From positions 45,149-109,148 of IMG/VR virus record IMGVR_UViG_3300030387_000087: DNA of 64,000 nt; one strand, 5' to 3'. Each line of letters opens with the position of its first letter. Position 1 is the first letter of the stretch. The position numbers were made by a program, and so were the translations under genes. This DNA comes from a virus. Below are positions 10,176 to 19,651 of this stretch, piece after piece. The notes beneath the pieces were generated by a model, which worked only from the letters and a program-made list of their open reading frames with translations, ran no database searches and was not told the DNA's origin.

Positions 10176-10364
10176 ATGAATGTATTAAGAATTGAATTAG
10201 TAAGAGAAATTGGAAATGTAAAGACATACAAAATTACATACGAGGAAAGTGAAAGCATTGAGACAAGACTTGTAGGTAGAACATTTAATTATGATGAAGA
10301 CGCAGAAAATTTTCCTGAATCTGTATTAGATTTTGCAGAGAATTGGATATTAGGAGACTTATAA
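10176..10364 (+). CDS. hypothetical protein
   Basis: ORF track; RBS aaaggaggc. Confidence 0.4.
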   Translation: MNVLRIELVREIGNVKTYKITYEESESIETRLVGRTFNYDEDAENFPESVLDFAENWILGDL

Positions 10365-10382
10365 GAAAGCGAGGTAGATTTT

Positions 10383-10802
10383 ATGAAATACTATGATACA
10401 AAAATCGGAAAAATCATTGAGGAAGAATTTGATTCAAGAATGGGGAATATGGTTATTTCCTATATTATGGATAAAGGAATTGAAAATGTAAAAGAGATTA
10501 CTGACAAGCAGATTGAAAAACTTGAAGGTAATGGATTAATGACAGCAGATTTTGTTCAGTCCTTGGTTAGATGTGCAAGACGGATATGTAATGAATGTGA
10601 GTGGATTGAACTGATTGAGTTCATTCGATTACATTTGTGGTGTACTCCAACAGTACATGATGTGTATTTGCATAGGGAAGATTTTACATATGGGACATTT
10701 GCAGAGTTTCTTGATAATCTGGATCTTGATGAAAACGAAGTCGGAGAAGAAATTAAGTTATTTGTAGTTGTTGATCAGGATTGTTTGAAGGAGTGTGATT
10801 GA
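10383..10802 (+). CDS. hypothetical Cys-containing protein
   Basis: ORF track. Confidence 0.5.
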   Translation: MKYYDTKIGKIIEEEFDSRMGNMVISYIMDKGIENVKEITDKQIEKLEGNGLMTADFVQSLVRCARRICNECEWIELIEFIRLHLWCTPTVHDVYLHREDFTYGTFAEFLDNLDLDENEVGEEIKLFVVVDQDCLKECD

Positions 10803-10806
10803 TATA

Positions 10807-10980
10807 ATGACAAGAGAAAGATTTGCAGAAACAAACTGGAAAATGACATATGAACAGTTTCAGAAATGTGATTGTACAGAATGTAAAAAAGAAGATTGTA
10901 TTCACAGAGGAGCATATAGAAGAGTACCTGAAATTGATGGCGGTCTTGGATTATGCCCTAATCTGAAGGAGGATAATTAA
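10807..10980 (+). CDS. small Cys-rich protein
   Basis: ATG after RBS ggagtgtga; CxxC..C..C pattern. Confidence 0.4.
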   Translation: MTRERFAETNWKMTYEQFQKCDCTECKKEDCIHRGAYRRVPEIDGGLGLCPNLKEDN

Positions 10981-10981
10981 A

Positions 10982-11176
10982 ATGTGCAAACATAAACCGA
11001 AAAATCTACGAGAATTTGAACCAATTCTTAAAGCAAATGGCTATCACGAAATCAGAAGTCGTGGTAGTCATTTTATTTATGGGAATGGTAAAAATCAGAT
11101 TACAGTGAATAAGGATCTGAATAAGATGGTGCAGTTACGGTTGATTAAAGAGAATAACTTAGTGGAGGTGAGATAG
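10982..11176 (+). CDS. HicA-like (YcfA) toxin homologue, second paralogue
   Basis: LKANGYHEIRSRGSHFIYGNGKNQITVNKDLNKMVQLRLIKE closely parallels the 1889 ORF and HicA core. Confidence 0.6.
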   Translation: MCKHKPKNLREFEPILKANGYHEIRSRGSHFIYGNGKNQITVNKDLNKMVQLRLIKENNLVEVR

Positions 11177-11177
11177 T

Positions 11178-11528
11178 ATGTGGCAGCATATAGAATTTGC
11201 AGATGGTAGCAATCCATATATCAGTAAAACAGAAAAGGATTTTAAACGGATGAGCGAACAGTATTTGCTTATACCAATTTGTGAAAACTTTTGGAAGGCA
11301 ACTGACAAAGTATTTTATAAGGTTGTTGGTTTTCCTGATAAAGACAAACGAGCAACATTCAATAGAAATTACAAATCAAAAGCAGGTGCAATGAGAGTAA
11401 TCAATAAGGCAATTAAAGAAAAGAAATTTGAATACATTGTTCTAAGAAAAGAAATTGAAGATTTACGGAATGATGAACACTTTGATATTTCGGTGAGTAC
11501 ACCGATCAAAACATGGAATTTAGTATAA
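11178..11528 (+). CDS. hypothetical protein
   Basis: ORF track; starts 2 nt after HicA-like stop. Confidence 0.45.
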   Translation: MWQHIEFADGSNPYISKTEKDFKRMSEQYLLIPICENFWKATDKVFYKVVGFPDKDKRATFNRNYKSKAGAMRVINKAIKEKKFEYIVLRKEIEDLRNDEHFDISVSTPIKTWNLV

Positions 11529-11535
11529 GGAGAGA

Positions 11536-11739
11536 TTGAAAATGAATATAACGCAAACAAGAGTAAAGCAGTACAACAGTACATACAAAACAGTTATTTC
11601 AGTTGACGGAGTACCTGTATGTATTACACAGAGTAACAAAAGAGCAAGTGACATTGTATCTTATTTGTCTGGATATGAAGTTGAGATTAATGATGGAAAA
11701 TTAAAAAAGCAGTTGGATAAGATCAGAGTTGGAAAGTGA
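11536..11739 (+). CDS. hypothetical protein
   Basis: ORF track. Confidence 0.4.
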   Translation: MKMNITQTRVKQYNSTYKTVISVDGVPVCITQSNKRASDIVSYLSGYEVEINDGKLKKQLDKIRVGK

Positions 11740-11750
11740 GGTTGAGTAAT

Positions 11751-12104
11751 ATGAGTAAATTAAGAGTATGGTGGATTCCACAGGTAGGAGCAGATGGTGG
11801 AGCATTTTATATTCCAGTTAATACAGTAGAAGAAGGCAAAAAGATTATGGATTTATTGGCTGCTTATGACGCATTTCAGTTACAGAACAGAATTAAACCA
11901 GATTATTGCAATACAGGCGGTATTCAGATCTGGAACGAAGAAGAATCCGAATGGGAAGATTGGTGGATGGAGACGGAAGATGATTATTTCGATGATGTGG
12001 ATGATTATTGTGAGCAGTGCGAAAAGGCAGATGAGTTGGAAAATTTTAGAAGCAAACTGTTTAAGCAAATTGATTGGGATAAGATTCATAAAATGACAAT
12101 GTAA
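11751..12104 (+). CDS. hypothetical acidic protein
   Basis: internal ATG (MSKLRVWW) with RBS gaggttgag. Confidence 0.45.
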   Translation: MSKLRVWWIPQVGADGGAFYIPVNTVEEGKKIMDLLAAYDAFQLQNRIKPDYCNTGGIQIWNEEESEWEDWWMETEDDYFDDVDDYCEQCEKADELENFRSKLFKQIDWDKIHKMTM

Positions 12105-12145
12105 AGAAATAGCAATTTCAAGTGAAGATCGGAGAGTGATGATAT

Positions 12146-12394
12146 ATGAAAACAGTAGACAAATTATATAAACAGATCATGGAATATTGGGAGGTATGTG
12201 CATATTGTAATTGCGAAAAAGATTTTGCAATCAATGATTTGTTGGAAAAATATGCTTTAAGTTGTGGAATTGATGAAAGAAAACTTGAAAATAGAATTGA
12301 TCTTACTATCAGATGTATGACTAATTCGCAAAAGAGAACATTATATAAGAAGATGTTAGAATCAGGAATTAGAGAATGGAGTGACAAATTATGA
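12146..12394 (+). CDS. hypothetical protein
   Basis: ORF track. Confidence 0.45.
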   Translation: MKTVDKLYKQIMEYWEVCAYCNCEKDFAINDLLEKYALSCGIDERKLENRIDLTIRCMTNSQKRTLYKKMLESGIREWSDKL

Positions 12395-12627
12395 CAGTAA
12401 GAGAATTAAATAGAGATCAATTAACTGAATTAAAGCGTATGTATTACGTACAACTTGTTAATGAATGCTTATTTGCAAAAGTAATGGGTGTTGATATTGA
12501 TGAACCATCCTATGACATGATAGAGAAAGTCAACGAATATGTCTCAGATGAAGTTATTTTCGATGCATATGATAACACTGTGTTTACAGAAGATGATTTC
12601 TTTTGTAGTGCGGAAAGGAAGGCTTAA
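12391..12627 (+). CDS. hypothetical protein
   Basis: ORF track; RBS tggagtgacaaatt. Confidence 0.45.
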   Translation: MTVRELNRDQLTELKRMYYVQLVNECLFAKVMGVDIDEPSYDMIEKVNEYVSDEVIFDAYDNTVFTEDDFFCSAERKA

Positions 12628-12628
12628 T

Positions 12629-12856
12629 ATGTTGAATATTACAAACTTATATGCATACAGAATTGAAGAATTGGCTATTGGAATTGTAAAGGCAGAGTCA
12701 TATGAAGATGCAAGAGAAAAGGTGAAAGTAGCTTATTTGAAACACAACGATTGCTTTGATTCTGAAAGAGATTTTATTGAGTTAAAGGAAATTGCAGAGA
12801 ATGATTCATGGTTTAGTGATAATCCTGATGTAGTTGAAGTAGATGAATTAATATAG
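12629..12856 (+). CDS. hypothetical protein
   Basis: internal ATG (MLNITNLY) after RBS ggaaaggaagg. Confidence 0.4.
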   Translation: MLNITNLYAYRIEELAIGIVKAESYEDAREKVKVAYLKHNDCFDSERDFIELKEIAENDSWFSDNPDVVEVDELI

Positions 12857-12872
12857 AAGTGGAGTGACAAAT

Positions 12873-13208
12873 ATGAATTATACTTATTTTGGAAACAGAA
12901 TTGAAAGAAGCCCATTAGGAAATATGGGGTTACAGTTATTAGAAGCTCAAGAGAAATTAGTTTCTCAGGAATATGAAGTTGAGAATCTTAGAATTAAAGC
13001 AGCCATGTATAAAGCATATTTCTTTCGTAATTCTACTTTAGCAGAAAAATTACAAAAACAAAGTGAAGAAAACAGAAATGCACTTATCGGAGAGTTTGAT
13101 GGTTTCTCATATGCGAGTCGGAGAGCTAATGCTGTATATAGAACGCTTGAAGATATGTGTGATGAAGGACTATTAACTGAAAAAGAATATAGAGAATGCA
13201 AAGTATGA
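12873..13208 (+). CDS. hypothetical protein
   Basis: ATG after RBS tggagtgacaaat (same RBS as the 12391 gene). Confidence 0.45.
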   Translation: MNYTYFGNRIERSPLGNMGLQLLEAQEKLVSQEYEVENLRIKAAMYKAYFFRNSTLAEKLQKQSEENRNALIGEFDGFSYASRRANAVYRTLEDMCDEGLLTEKEYRECKV

Positions 13209-13224
13209 AATGGAGTGATGAATT

Positions 13225-13557
13225 ATGGCAAAAACATTAAGAGATTTTTGGAATAAGGCAGATGGTGTTTATGATTTTGTAGATAAGAATGGAGTTTCTA
13301 TTGATGATATGAATTATCCCTTAGAAACAGAAGTGTTAAATGAACGGTTGATTGAAGGTGAACAGTATGAGATTACATTAAATGTAGATATTGAAGATCC
13401 ATATTCGATAGCAATTAATAGATATAAAAAGGAATATCCAGATAGACTGATGGAAGAGAAGTTTTTAGATAATTTATATTTTTCTATTCAGGGAGTAATC
13501 GAACATAATGGGAAAGAGGCAGCCTTAGAATATGCAAGGAACGGAAAATTGTGGTAA
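13225..13557 (+). CDS. hypothetical protein
   Basis: ORF track; RBS tggagtgatgaatt. Confidence 0.45.
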   Translation: MAKTLRDFWNKADGVYDFVDKNGVSIDDMNYPLETEVLNERLIEGEQYEITLNVDIEDPYSIAINRYKKEYPDRLMEEKFLDNLYFSIQGVIEHNGKEAALEYARNGKLW

Positions 13558-13609
13558 GTAAACAAGAGTTTTAATAGGATAATAATGAGAATATAGAGGA
13601 TTGATATTT

Positions 13610-13801
13610 ATGGAAGACGCTCCAACATTAAAGGAATTATTAAATAACCGAAAAGAAAATCATGCAGACTTTATTGTTGTTTCTACAAATAAAGGTAAAG
13701 ACTTATTCAAAGGTGACGTATCTAAATTGCCGGAAGAATTATTAAATATTTCCATTTTTGCATGGGATAAAAGAGACGGAATATACATCACAATTGAATA
13801 A
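13610..13801 (+). CDS. hypothetical protein
   Basis: ATG after RBS agaggattga. Confidence 0.4.
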   Translation: MEDAPTLKELLNNRKENHADFIVVSTNKGKDLFKGDVSKLPEELLNISIFAWDKRDGIYITIE

Positions 13802-13849
13802 ACAAATAGCATAAAACGATGATTTACTGACAGAATGGAGACTTAGAAT

Positions 13850-14152
13850 ATGACAAGAGAAAAAGCCACAAGAATTGTAAATGGATTTTTTAATGATATG
13901 AATCCTACTTTATGGAACGGAGAAGGTAATAAACCCGAAAGCTTTGATGAACGACCTTGGCAATGCAAAATAGTTGATTGTATAAATCTTGAAATTACTT
14001 TTGCTTATGACGAAGAAGATGGATGGCATCATTATTGCGATTTAGTTTATACCAAAGATAACAGTTCTTTTGATTTAATGAGTGGTTATGGAATTGATTC
14101 TAAACTAAATGTGATAGATACAGTAATGGATATATGTAGAGACTATGAGTAA
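13850..14152 (+). CDS. hypothetical protein
   Basis: ORF track; RBS aatggagac. Confidence 0.45.
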   Translation: MTREKATRIVNGFFNDMNPTLWNGEGNKPESFDERPWQCKIVDCINLEITFAYDEEDGWHHYCDLVYTKDNSSFDLMSGYGIDSKLNVIDTVMDICRDYE

Positions 14153-14187
14153 GTATTGGAATTGTGATTTAGATAGGAGCGATTGGA

Positions 14188-14373
14188 ATGGATTATAAAA
14201 TAGGTGATACAGTAAAAATATCTGTTTATGTAACAGAAAAATGGGGCAGATTAGTTACTTGTAAAATCATCAATAAGTATATAAGAAATAATACTACTTA
14301 TTATTCTTTGCAAGAGATAAATGGAATTTATAGAGTAAGTAACGTAAAAGAAAACCGATTCATACTTGATTAA
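14188..14373 (+). CDS. hypothetical protein
   Basis: ORF track; RBS taggagcga. Confidence 0.4.
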   Translation: MDYKIGDTVKISVYVTEKWGRLVTCKIINKYIRNNTTYYSLQEINGIYRVSNVKENRFILD

Positions 14374-14423
14374 CATGAAACGGAAATCTAACGAATCGGC
14401 TATTTAGTTAGGGGTGATAATAT

Positions 14424-14645
14424 ATGAAAGTAGAAAAAGTATTTTGTATAGAACAGAAATATCCAGAAGACTTTGATAAAGAGATAATTGATTATCTTGT
14501 TAATAATTATGGTTGCGATAGAGATATGGCTGACATCAGATTACATAATTGCCTTGCTTTCGGATGGGCTTTATGTGAAAGTCCAAAAGGAATTATTGGA
14601 ATGCAGACTAATTATGACAGAAGCGAAATAAAGGTTGGGCAATGA
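14424..14645 (+). CDS. hypothetical protein
   Basis: ORF track; RBS taggggtga. Confidence 0.4.
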   Translation: MKVEKVFCIEQKYPEDFDKEIIDYLVNNYGCDRDMADIRLHNCLAFGWALCESPKGIIGMQTNYDRSEIKVGQ

Positions 14646-14669
14646 AACGGAAGATTGGAGGTTGATTAC

Positions 14670-14852
14670 ATGAATGAAACACAAGAAAAGATATATGAGT
14701 TATTGGAAAGTTATTTAGAATACTGTAAGACAAACGGATATACAGAGTTTGAGGTATGGTGTGAAGATAATATTGATACTATTAATGAGGATGCATTAGT
14801 ACAGGATATATGTCAGGAAGTAAACCATATAACTGATAAATTATTTGAATAG
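14670..14852 (+). CDS. hypothetical acidic protein
   Basis: ATG after RBS ttggaggttga. Confidence 0.4.
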   Translation: MNETQEKIYELLESYLEYCKTNGYTEFEVWCEDNIDTINEDALVQDICQEVNHITDKLFE

Positions 14853-14868
14853 AAAGTGAGAAAATAAT

Positions 14869-15165
14869 ATGGTAAGAAAAATCAACAATAGATTATATAA
14901 AGTTAATACATATGCTTCTGAAATGATTGTCGAAGTGGATGACAATTACGATGAAGAAGTACAGAAATTAAGAAAAGAAATTCAGTTTGACAGTCTCGGA
15001 TATAAACTGAACTTACTTGTATATCTGGCAGGATTAACCGTACAAGGATATGCAATTTCAAGTGTAACTGAATTTAATTCAAATGGAACAAAGCCCAGGT
15101 TTGCTTATGTAAGTGATAAAGATTTCAAGAAAATTGTCAGATATTATTTTGGAAAGAAAGCATAG
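14869..15165 (+). CDS. hypothetical protein
   Basis: ORF track. Confidence 0.45.
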   Translation: MVRKINNRLYKVNTYASEMIVEVDDNYDEEVQKLRKEIQFDSLGYKLNLLVYLAGLTVQGYAISSVTEFNSNGTKPRFAYVSDKDFKKIVRYYFGKKA

Positions 15166-15195
15166 AAAACGGAAATTTAATGAGGAGAAAATAAT

Positions 15196-15552
15196 ATGGG
15201 AAATTACTTAAAAATAGGAACAAAAAACATTAATTCAACAAAATATGCGTCTCTGGCAGGTGGTTTCATTAGAGATATTTTACCCAATGTTAAAGAGAAC
15301 GAAAGAGGTTGGAAATTAAAGAAAAAACATGTTGCTGAATTAGTATTTTACACTAAATTACTTTTGGAAGATGATGAATTATTAAAAAAATACATTGATG
15401 AAAACGATGAAGATGATTGCAATGTTGAATTTGGTGATGAAAGCTTCGATGAAATAAAAGAAACTATAGAGTATATTCACAATTGCTTTGTAGATATACT
15501 TGTTGATATGATTCTATATAAAAATAAATGTGTAAAAGTAAAATGGATATAA
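15196..15552 (+). CDS. hypothetical protein
   Basis: ORF track; RBS atgaggag. Confidence 0.45.
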   Translation: MGNYLKIGTKNINSTKYASLAGGFIRDILPNVKENERGWKLKKKHVAELVFYTKLLLEDDELLKKYIDENDEDDCNVEFGDESFDEIKETIEYIHNCFVDILVDMILYKNKCVKVKWI

Positions 15553-15584
15553 GTAAAAACAATACTTCCAGAAAGGATGACATT

Positions 15585-15752
15585 ATGAAAGAATATGTAA
15601 ATGTAAAAGAACTTCTTGAAGAAGTTGATGCAATGGCAAAAAGAGGTACATTGCTTGCAAGAGGTGGAGTGACACAGGAAGATTTGGCAATGCAGATTAG
15701 AGGTCTTATTGTTCATGTGGCAACAAAAGAAAGTATAGGTAATAATAAATGA
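15585..15752 (+). CDS. hypothetical protein
   Basis: internal ATG (MKEYVNV) after RBS gaaaggatga. Confidence 0.4.
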   Translation: MKEYVNVKELLEEVDAMAKRGTLLARGGVTQEDLAMQIRGLIVHVATKESIGNNK

Positions 15753-15952
15753 GAAGAGAATTTAAAGTAAATGGGATAAAGTGCGAAATTGTAAACCGCT
15801 ATACAGGTAATATGGAGATTAATAAATTTAATCAAAAATATGATGTTAGATACTATTCAAGAAAATATTCTGGGTGGATGAGATTATGTAGTTGTATGAC
15901 AATTGCCGAAGGAAAAGAAAAAGCTGTACAATTGTTATCATTTGCAGTATAA
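15749..15952 (+). CDS. hypothetical protein
   Basis: ORF track. Confidence 0.4.
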   Translation: MRREFKVNGIKCEIVNRYTGNMEINKFNQKYDVRYYSRKYSGWMRLCSCMTIAEGKEKAVQLLSFAV

Positions 15953-15982
15953 TACATATATATTTTTAATTGGAGGCTTTAT

Positions 15983-16231
15983 ATGACAAAACAGGGGTTA
16001 TTAAATGCATTTCAACATGCGATTGAAACAGTAGACGTTATAAAATTTGAAGCTGCTTTATGCCACTTTACAATTGAGTACAATGTAGAAATGCCGTCAG
16101 CGGCAACAGAACTGATTAAGGCTCAAGATGATAATCTTCCAAAAGAAAAAATAAAAGAGATTATGTTAAAAATCCAAATTCCAATTGTAAATTATATTAG
16201 AACAAATGGCAAACTTAACGATTTAAAATAG
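15983..16231 (+). CDS. hypothetical protein
   Basis: ORF track; RBS ttggaggc. Confidence 0.45.
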   Translation: MTKQGLLNAFQHAIETVDVIKFEAALCHFTIEYNVEMPSAATELIKAQDDNLPKEKIKEIMLKIQIPIVNYIRTNGKLNDLK

Positions 16232-16258
16232 ACAATAGAACAATATAAGAAAATATAT

Positions 16259-16290
16259 AAGAGACTGAAAATTCAGTCTCTTATTTTTAT
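16259..16290 (+). terminator. rho-independent terminator (AAGAGACTG..CAGTCTCTT + T-run)
   Basis: 9-bp stem, 6-nt loop, followed by ATTTTTAT; seen in sequence. Confidence 0.55.
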
Positions 16291-16310
16291 GTTAAAAAGG
16301 AGGTATAGTT

Positions 16311-16820
16311 ATGGCAGGATATAATGGATGGTCAATGAGTAACAATGCGGTTGCAGCTTATGAAAATGGTGAAAAACCATTGAGTAAGTGGACAAAGGCA
16401 GATATTTTTAATGCAATAAATGAACAGGTTGAAATAAAATGTTCAATAGAGAAATTAAAGAAACTTCCGGTAAAAGTATTAAAAGGAATTTGTTTAAGAT
16501 GTTCTTCGTGGCATCATACAAGTAGTTATTACAATCAGACAGATTTTTATTCGTTAGATGTAAAAAGAGTGGAAGAATTAACAGATGATAAAATTAAGGA
16601 ATTGCTTTTAAGTTATAAGGCAGACAAAAAGGCAGAAGGTAAACCCTTGGAAGAAAAATGGGAATGTGCTTTCTTAGAATGGTCTGGTAGCAGGAAACAT
16701 CCAAAAGCAACAGAGGTAATTGAAGAAGGTATTGTAAAAGGTAACTGGTTCTATCGTAACGATGGTTCTAAAAAGAAAACATCTGCAAATGGATTTAGAT
16801 TTATAAAACAAATTCAGTAG
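16311..16820 (+). CDS. hypothetical protein
   Basis: ORF track; RBS aaaggaggt. Confidence 0.5.
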   Translation: MAGYNGWSMSNNAVAAYENGEKPLSKWTKADIFNAINEQVEIKCSIEKLKKLPVKVLKGICLRCSSWHHTSSYYNQTDFYSLDVKRVEELTDDKIKELLLSYKADKKAEGKPLEEKWECAFLEWSGSRKHPKATEVIEEGIVKGNWFYRNDGSKKKTSANGFRFIKQIQ

Positions 16821-17235
16821 TTAAAAGGAATTCAATACGTTTTTCGATAGCGTCAATAACTTTATTAGATAAACCATTCCATTGTGGTTTCATTGAAAAG
16901 AAATCAGTCATCGCAATAGAAGCAAAAGCATTTGCATCAACTTCGGCAATTTGAAGGTTGTATTCCTCAATAGATGAACATTTATTAGATGATTTGTATC
17001 TTGATAAATAAAATTTCTCATCAGTTTGATATTGATAAATGTGACGAAGTTCATGTGCGATAGAAAATAAATAATCTGGATTTGGCTTATCTGCCTTATT
17101 GAGATAAATTGTATTAGCACTTGGTTTACATTGAGCTAATGTACTCTTGGTAGGAAAGTGAGAAGTATCATATGAAATTTTAGGTATTTCAATATCAAGT
17201 AAGTCGCAAACATCCGTTATAAATTCTTCTATCAT
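16801..17235 (-). CDS. ImmA/IrrE-family (DUF955-like) zinc metallopeptidase
   Basis: HEXXH motif SIAHELRHIYQ in a ~144-aa protein; one of only two minus-strand genes; 3' end overlaps the 16311 gene. Confidence 0.5.
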   Translation of the reverse strand: MIEEFITDVCDLLDIEIPKISYDTSHFPTKSTLAQCKPSANTIYLNKADKPNPDYLFSIAHELRHIYQYQTDEKFYLSRYKSSNKCSSIEEYNLQIAEVDANAFASIAMTDFFSMKPQWNGLSNKVIDAIEKRIEFLLTTEFVL

Positions 17236-17341
17236 GGTTAATTCCTCCGATAGAGAATAGTATAACAGAATACAAATAGAAAGGAAAGAGAGATTGGAAA
17301 TATTCAGTATCTTATTTTTATGAAAAGGAATGGTGAGTATT

Positions 17342-17578
17342 ATGTTTGATTATAAAGAATTTAAGAAGGAAATGTTTAAAAGAGGACATGATGTACATAA
17401 GAATGGAAAGTATCTTACAATTATTCCTAACAATAATTACGAAGGATATAGTAAAGGATTTTTATATGTAACTAATATTGTAAAGGGGTTTGAAGAGTAT
17501 TTAAGCTTAATAAAATATGAACATTTTAATACATGGATATATAATGCAAAGTTTAAAATCAAGGATGAATGGAGTTGA
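17342..17578 (+). CDS. hypothetical protein
   Basis: ATG after RBS ggtgagtatt. Confidence 0.4.
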   Translation: MFDYKEFKKEMFKRGHDVHKNGKYLTIIPNNNYEGYSKGFLYVTNIVKGFEEYLSLIKYEHFNTWIYNAKFKIKDEWS

Positions 17579-17583
17579 TTTAT

Positions 17584-17916
17584 ATGAAAAAAGAATTTGT
17601 ACAGTTATTACAAAATATGATTGAATCCGCTTATAATGAAGATTCAGAAGATGAAATCATATATTATATTGACAAAAAAGCATGTGAGAGTGGTGATATA
17701 GCTTATATGTATTATAAAAATAGCGATACATTGTATAAAATGAAAATAATACATGTAATATGCAGTTATAAAAATGATTTATATAACGAACTGATTAAAG
17801 ATGAAGATGTTTTGATTAAAGGTGAAGAGAAATATAAGGCAGATACAAGTGCTGAATTTATTACAGATACAAAAAATTATTTAGTTTGGTTTCGAGAAAT
17901 TAGTGTTTGTATATAA
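17584..17916 (+). CDS. hypothetical protein
   Basis: ATG after RBS tggagttga. Confidence 0.45.
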   Translation: MKKEFVQLLQNMIESAYNEDSEDEIIYYIDKKACESGDIAYMYYKNSDTLYKMKIIHVICSYKNDLYNELIKDEDVLIKGEEKYKADTSAEFITDTKNYLVWFREISVCI

Positions 17917-18004
17917 GTTGTATAGATTTTTGTACAAAGATGTGATATTATATAACATATATATAAAATTTGTGATTATTTATTAATCTAAGGAGGTAGT
18001 CGTT

Positions 18005-18157
18005 ATGGCAGAATTAATCGGATTTTTATTGGTAATGTATATTTGTATATATCTTCCATGGAGAGCGAACGAAAAAGAAGAATCTCGTAAAAGGCAAAAT
18101 ATGTATAATAACTTAAATAAGAAGTCAGTTGATGAAATGGAAAAGTGGAGAAGATAG
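18005..18157 (+). CDS. small single-TM membrane protein (~50 aa)
   Basis: strong RBS ctaaggaggt + ATG; hydrophobic LIGFLLVMYICIYL; not in track. Confidence 0.35.
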   Translation: MAELIGFLLVMYICIYLPWRANEKEESRKRQNMYNNLNKKSVDEMEKWRR

Positions 18158-18182
18158 TAATATAAAATAAGAAAGGTGATTG

Positions 18183-18809
18183 ATGATTATGTTCGGAGGA
18201 TTATTAGCATTCTTAGGAATTTTTGCAGGAAGTGCTGCAAAGGCAGCTTATGATAATTATGATATGAAAAAAACTACTCGTACAGTTGATAAAGATGGAA
18301 ATGTTCATTATATGGATAGATTGTGTAATGATTATATCAATGGTGAACGAGTAAAGAGAGTTGAAACAACTGATAGAAATGGAGTTAAATTATATTCTAC
18401 AGTTGGTGTGAATAGCAGTAAGGTGTACGACACTTCTTATGGAAGGGGTACACAGCAGTTATTTGCGATGAGTGAATATGAAAAACAAGATGCAATTGAA
18501 CGTGGTAAATTAGCATACATGCAGTATAATCCTTATTTCGGAAGACAAGTTACAACGGAAATTGCGACAGGAAGAACAATTACATGTCTTTTTGAAGGTA
18601 AAGATCCAGAAACTAAAGAACCATTTTATAAAAAATGGTATTTTCGTCCTGAGTGCCAGGATAAATATGATTGGAGAAATACTGTTAAAGGAGATTATGG
18701 GATTGATATTACCAAGGAAGAATATTACAAGCTTAAAACAGTGTTGAGTAGTTATACTGAAATACCCAGCGATCAAAAAGTGGCGTGGAAATTGATGAAT
18801 ATTAAGTAA
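18183..18809 (+). CDS. N-terminally membrane-anchored hypothetical protein
   Basis: N-term MFGGLLAFLGIFAGSAA hydrophobic segment; RBS gaaaggtga. Confidence 0.5.
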   Translation: MIMFGGLLAFLGIFAGSAAKAAYDNYDMKKTTRTVDKDGNVHYMDRLCNDYINGERVKRVETTDRNGVKLYSTVGVNSSKVYDTSYGRGTQQLFAMSEYEKQDAIERGKLAYMQYNPYFGRQVTTEIATGRTITCLFEGKDPETKEPFYKKWYFRPECQDKYDWRNTVKGDYGIDITKEEYYKLKTVLSSYTEIPSDQKVAWKLMNIK

Positions 18810-18832
18810 ATAAATGGTTGGAGTAATTGACA

Positions 18833-19081
18833 ATGAATAATACAAGACGGAGAGGAATAAACGAGCTTAAAACGCAAATTGATTTTGTAAATAAGCAGTT
18901 AAAAGAAGCAAGTAAAAAATTATCTTTTATATTAAATGAAGAACAGGATGCATTTGATAATATGCCAGAAGGATTACAGAGCAGTTATAGAGGAATGTGT
19001 TCTGAAGATGCAATTGACAATATGGAAGAAGCGAGTGAGAAACTTGACGAAGTAATTGAGTTATTGGGTGATATTGTGTAG
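18833..19081 (+). CDS. hypothetical protein
   Basis: ATG after RBS ttggagtaattg. Confidence 0.45.
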   Translation: MNNTRRRGINELKTQIDFVNKQLKEASKKLSFILNEEQDAFDNMPEGLQSSYRGMCSEDAIDNMEEASEKLDEVIELLGDIV

Positions 19082-19092
19082 AATAAAAAAAT

Positions 19093-19114
19093 GGAGAGGT
19101 TATTACACCTCTCC
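19093..19114. terminator. perfect 8-bp hairpin GGAGAGGT-tattac-ACCTCTCC; A-run upstream, so T-run on minus strand
   Basis: seen in sequence; orientation-ambiguous or bidirectional stem-loop in a 195-bp intergenic region. Confidence 0.4.
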
Positions 19115-19277
19115 AACCATTCAAAATAACATTTGCACTAAAATTATTAAATGACAAATGTCATTATTATAATAACATTTATTTTTGAAAAAGTAAAGAG
19201 AAAATAAAAATGAAAAAAGAATTATTTATTAATAATGAAGAAGAAAGTTTCATTGGAAATGAAAGGAGAATATTAAA

Positions 19278-19619
19278 ATGGAATTAAAAGAGACATTAAA
19301 GAATATGAAAATAGGTGACGTAATTACAATTGAATTTAATGATGGAGTTGCAGATTATATTACTAAGACAAATTGGTTTGAAACAACTGTTTTTGTTTTA
19401 GGTGGATTAGGAAGAACTGGAATGCCAAAGATTGTAGGATATGGAATAGAAGATATTAATGAAGATATTGATGTAGTTATATCTAATATTTGTACAATAC
19501 TTAATGAAGATGTGAAAGTTATGGATACTAAAGGGAAAATAAAAATACAATATGAATCAGACGAAGTATTTAATGAGGGAAACAATGGAAACTTTTATTA
19601 TGAAAATGATAGAATTTAA
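19278..19619 (+). CDS. hypothetical protein
   Basis: ORF track; RBS aaaggagaat. Confidence 0.45.
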   Translation: MELKETLKNMKIGDVITIEFNDGVADYITKTNWFETTVFVLGGLGRTGMPKIVGYGIEDINEDIDVVISNICTILNEDVKVMDTKGKIKIQYESDEVFNEGNNGNFYYENDRI

Positions 19620-19651
19620 TTGGAATTAGAAACGATGTTAAAGTATAACAT

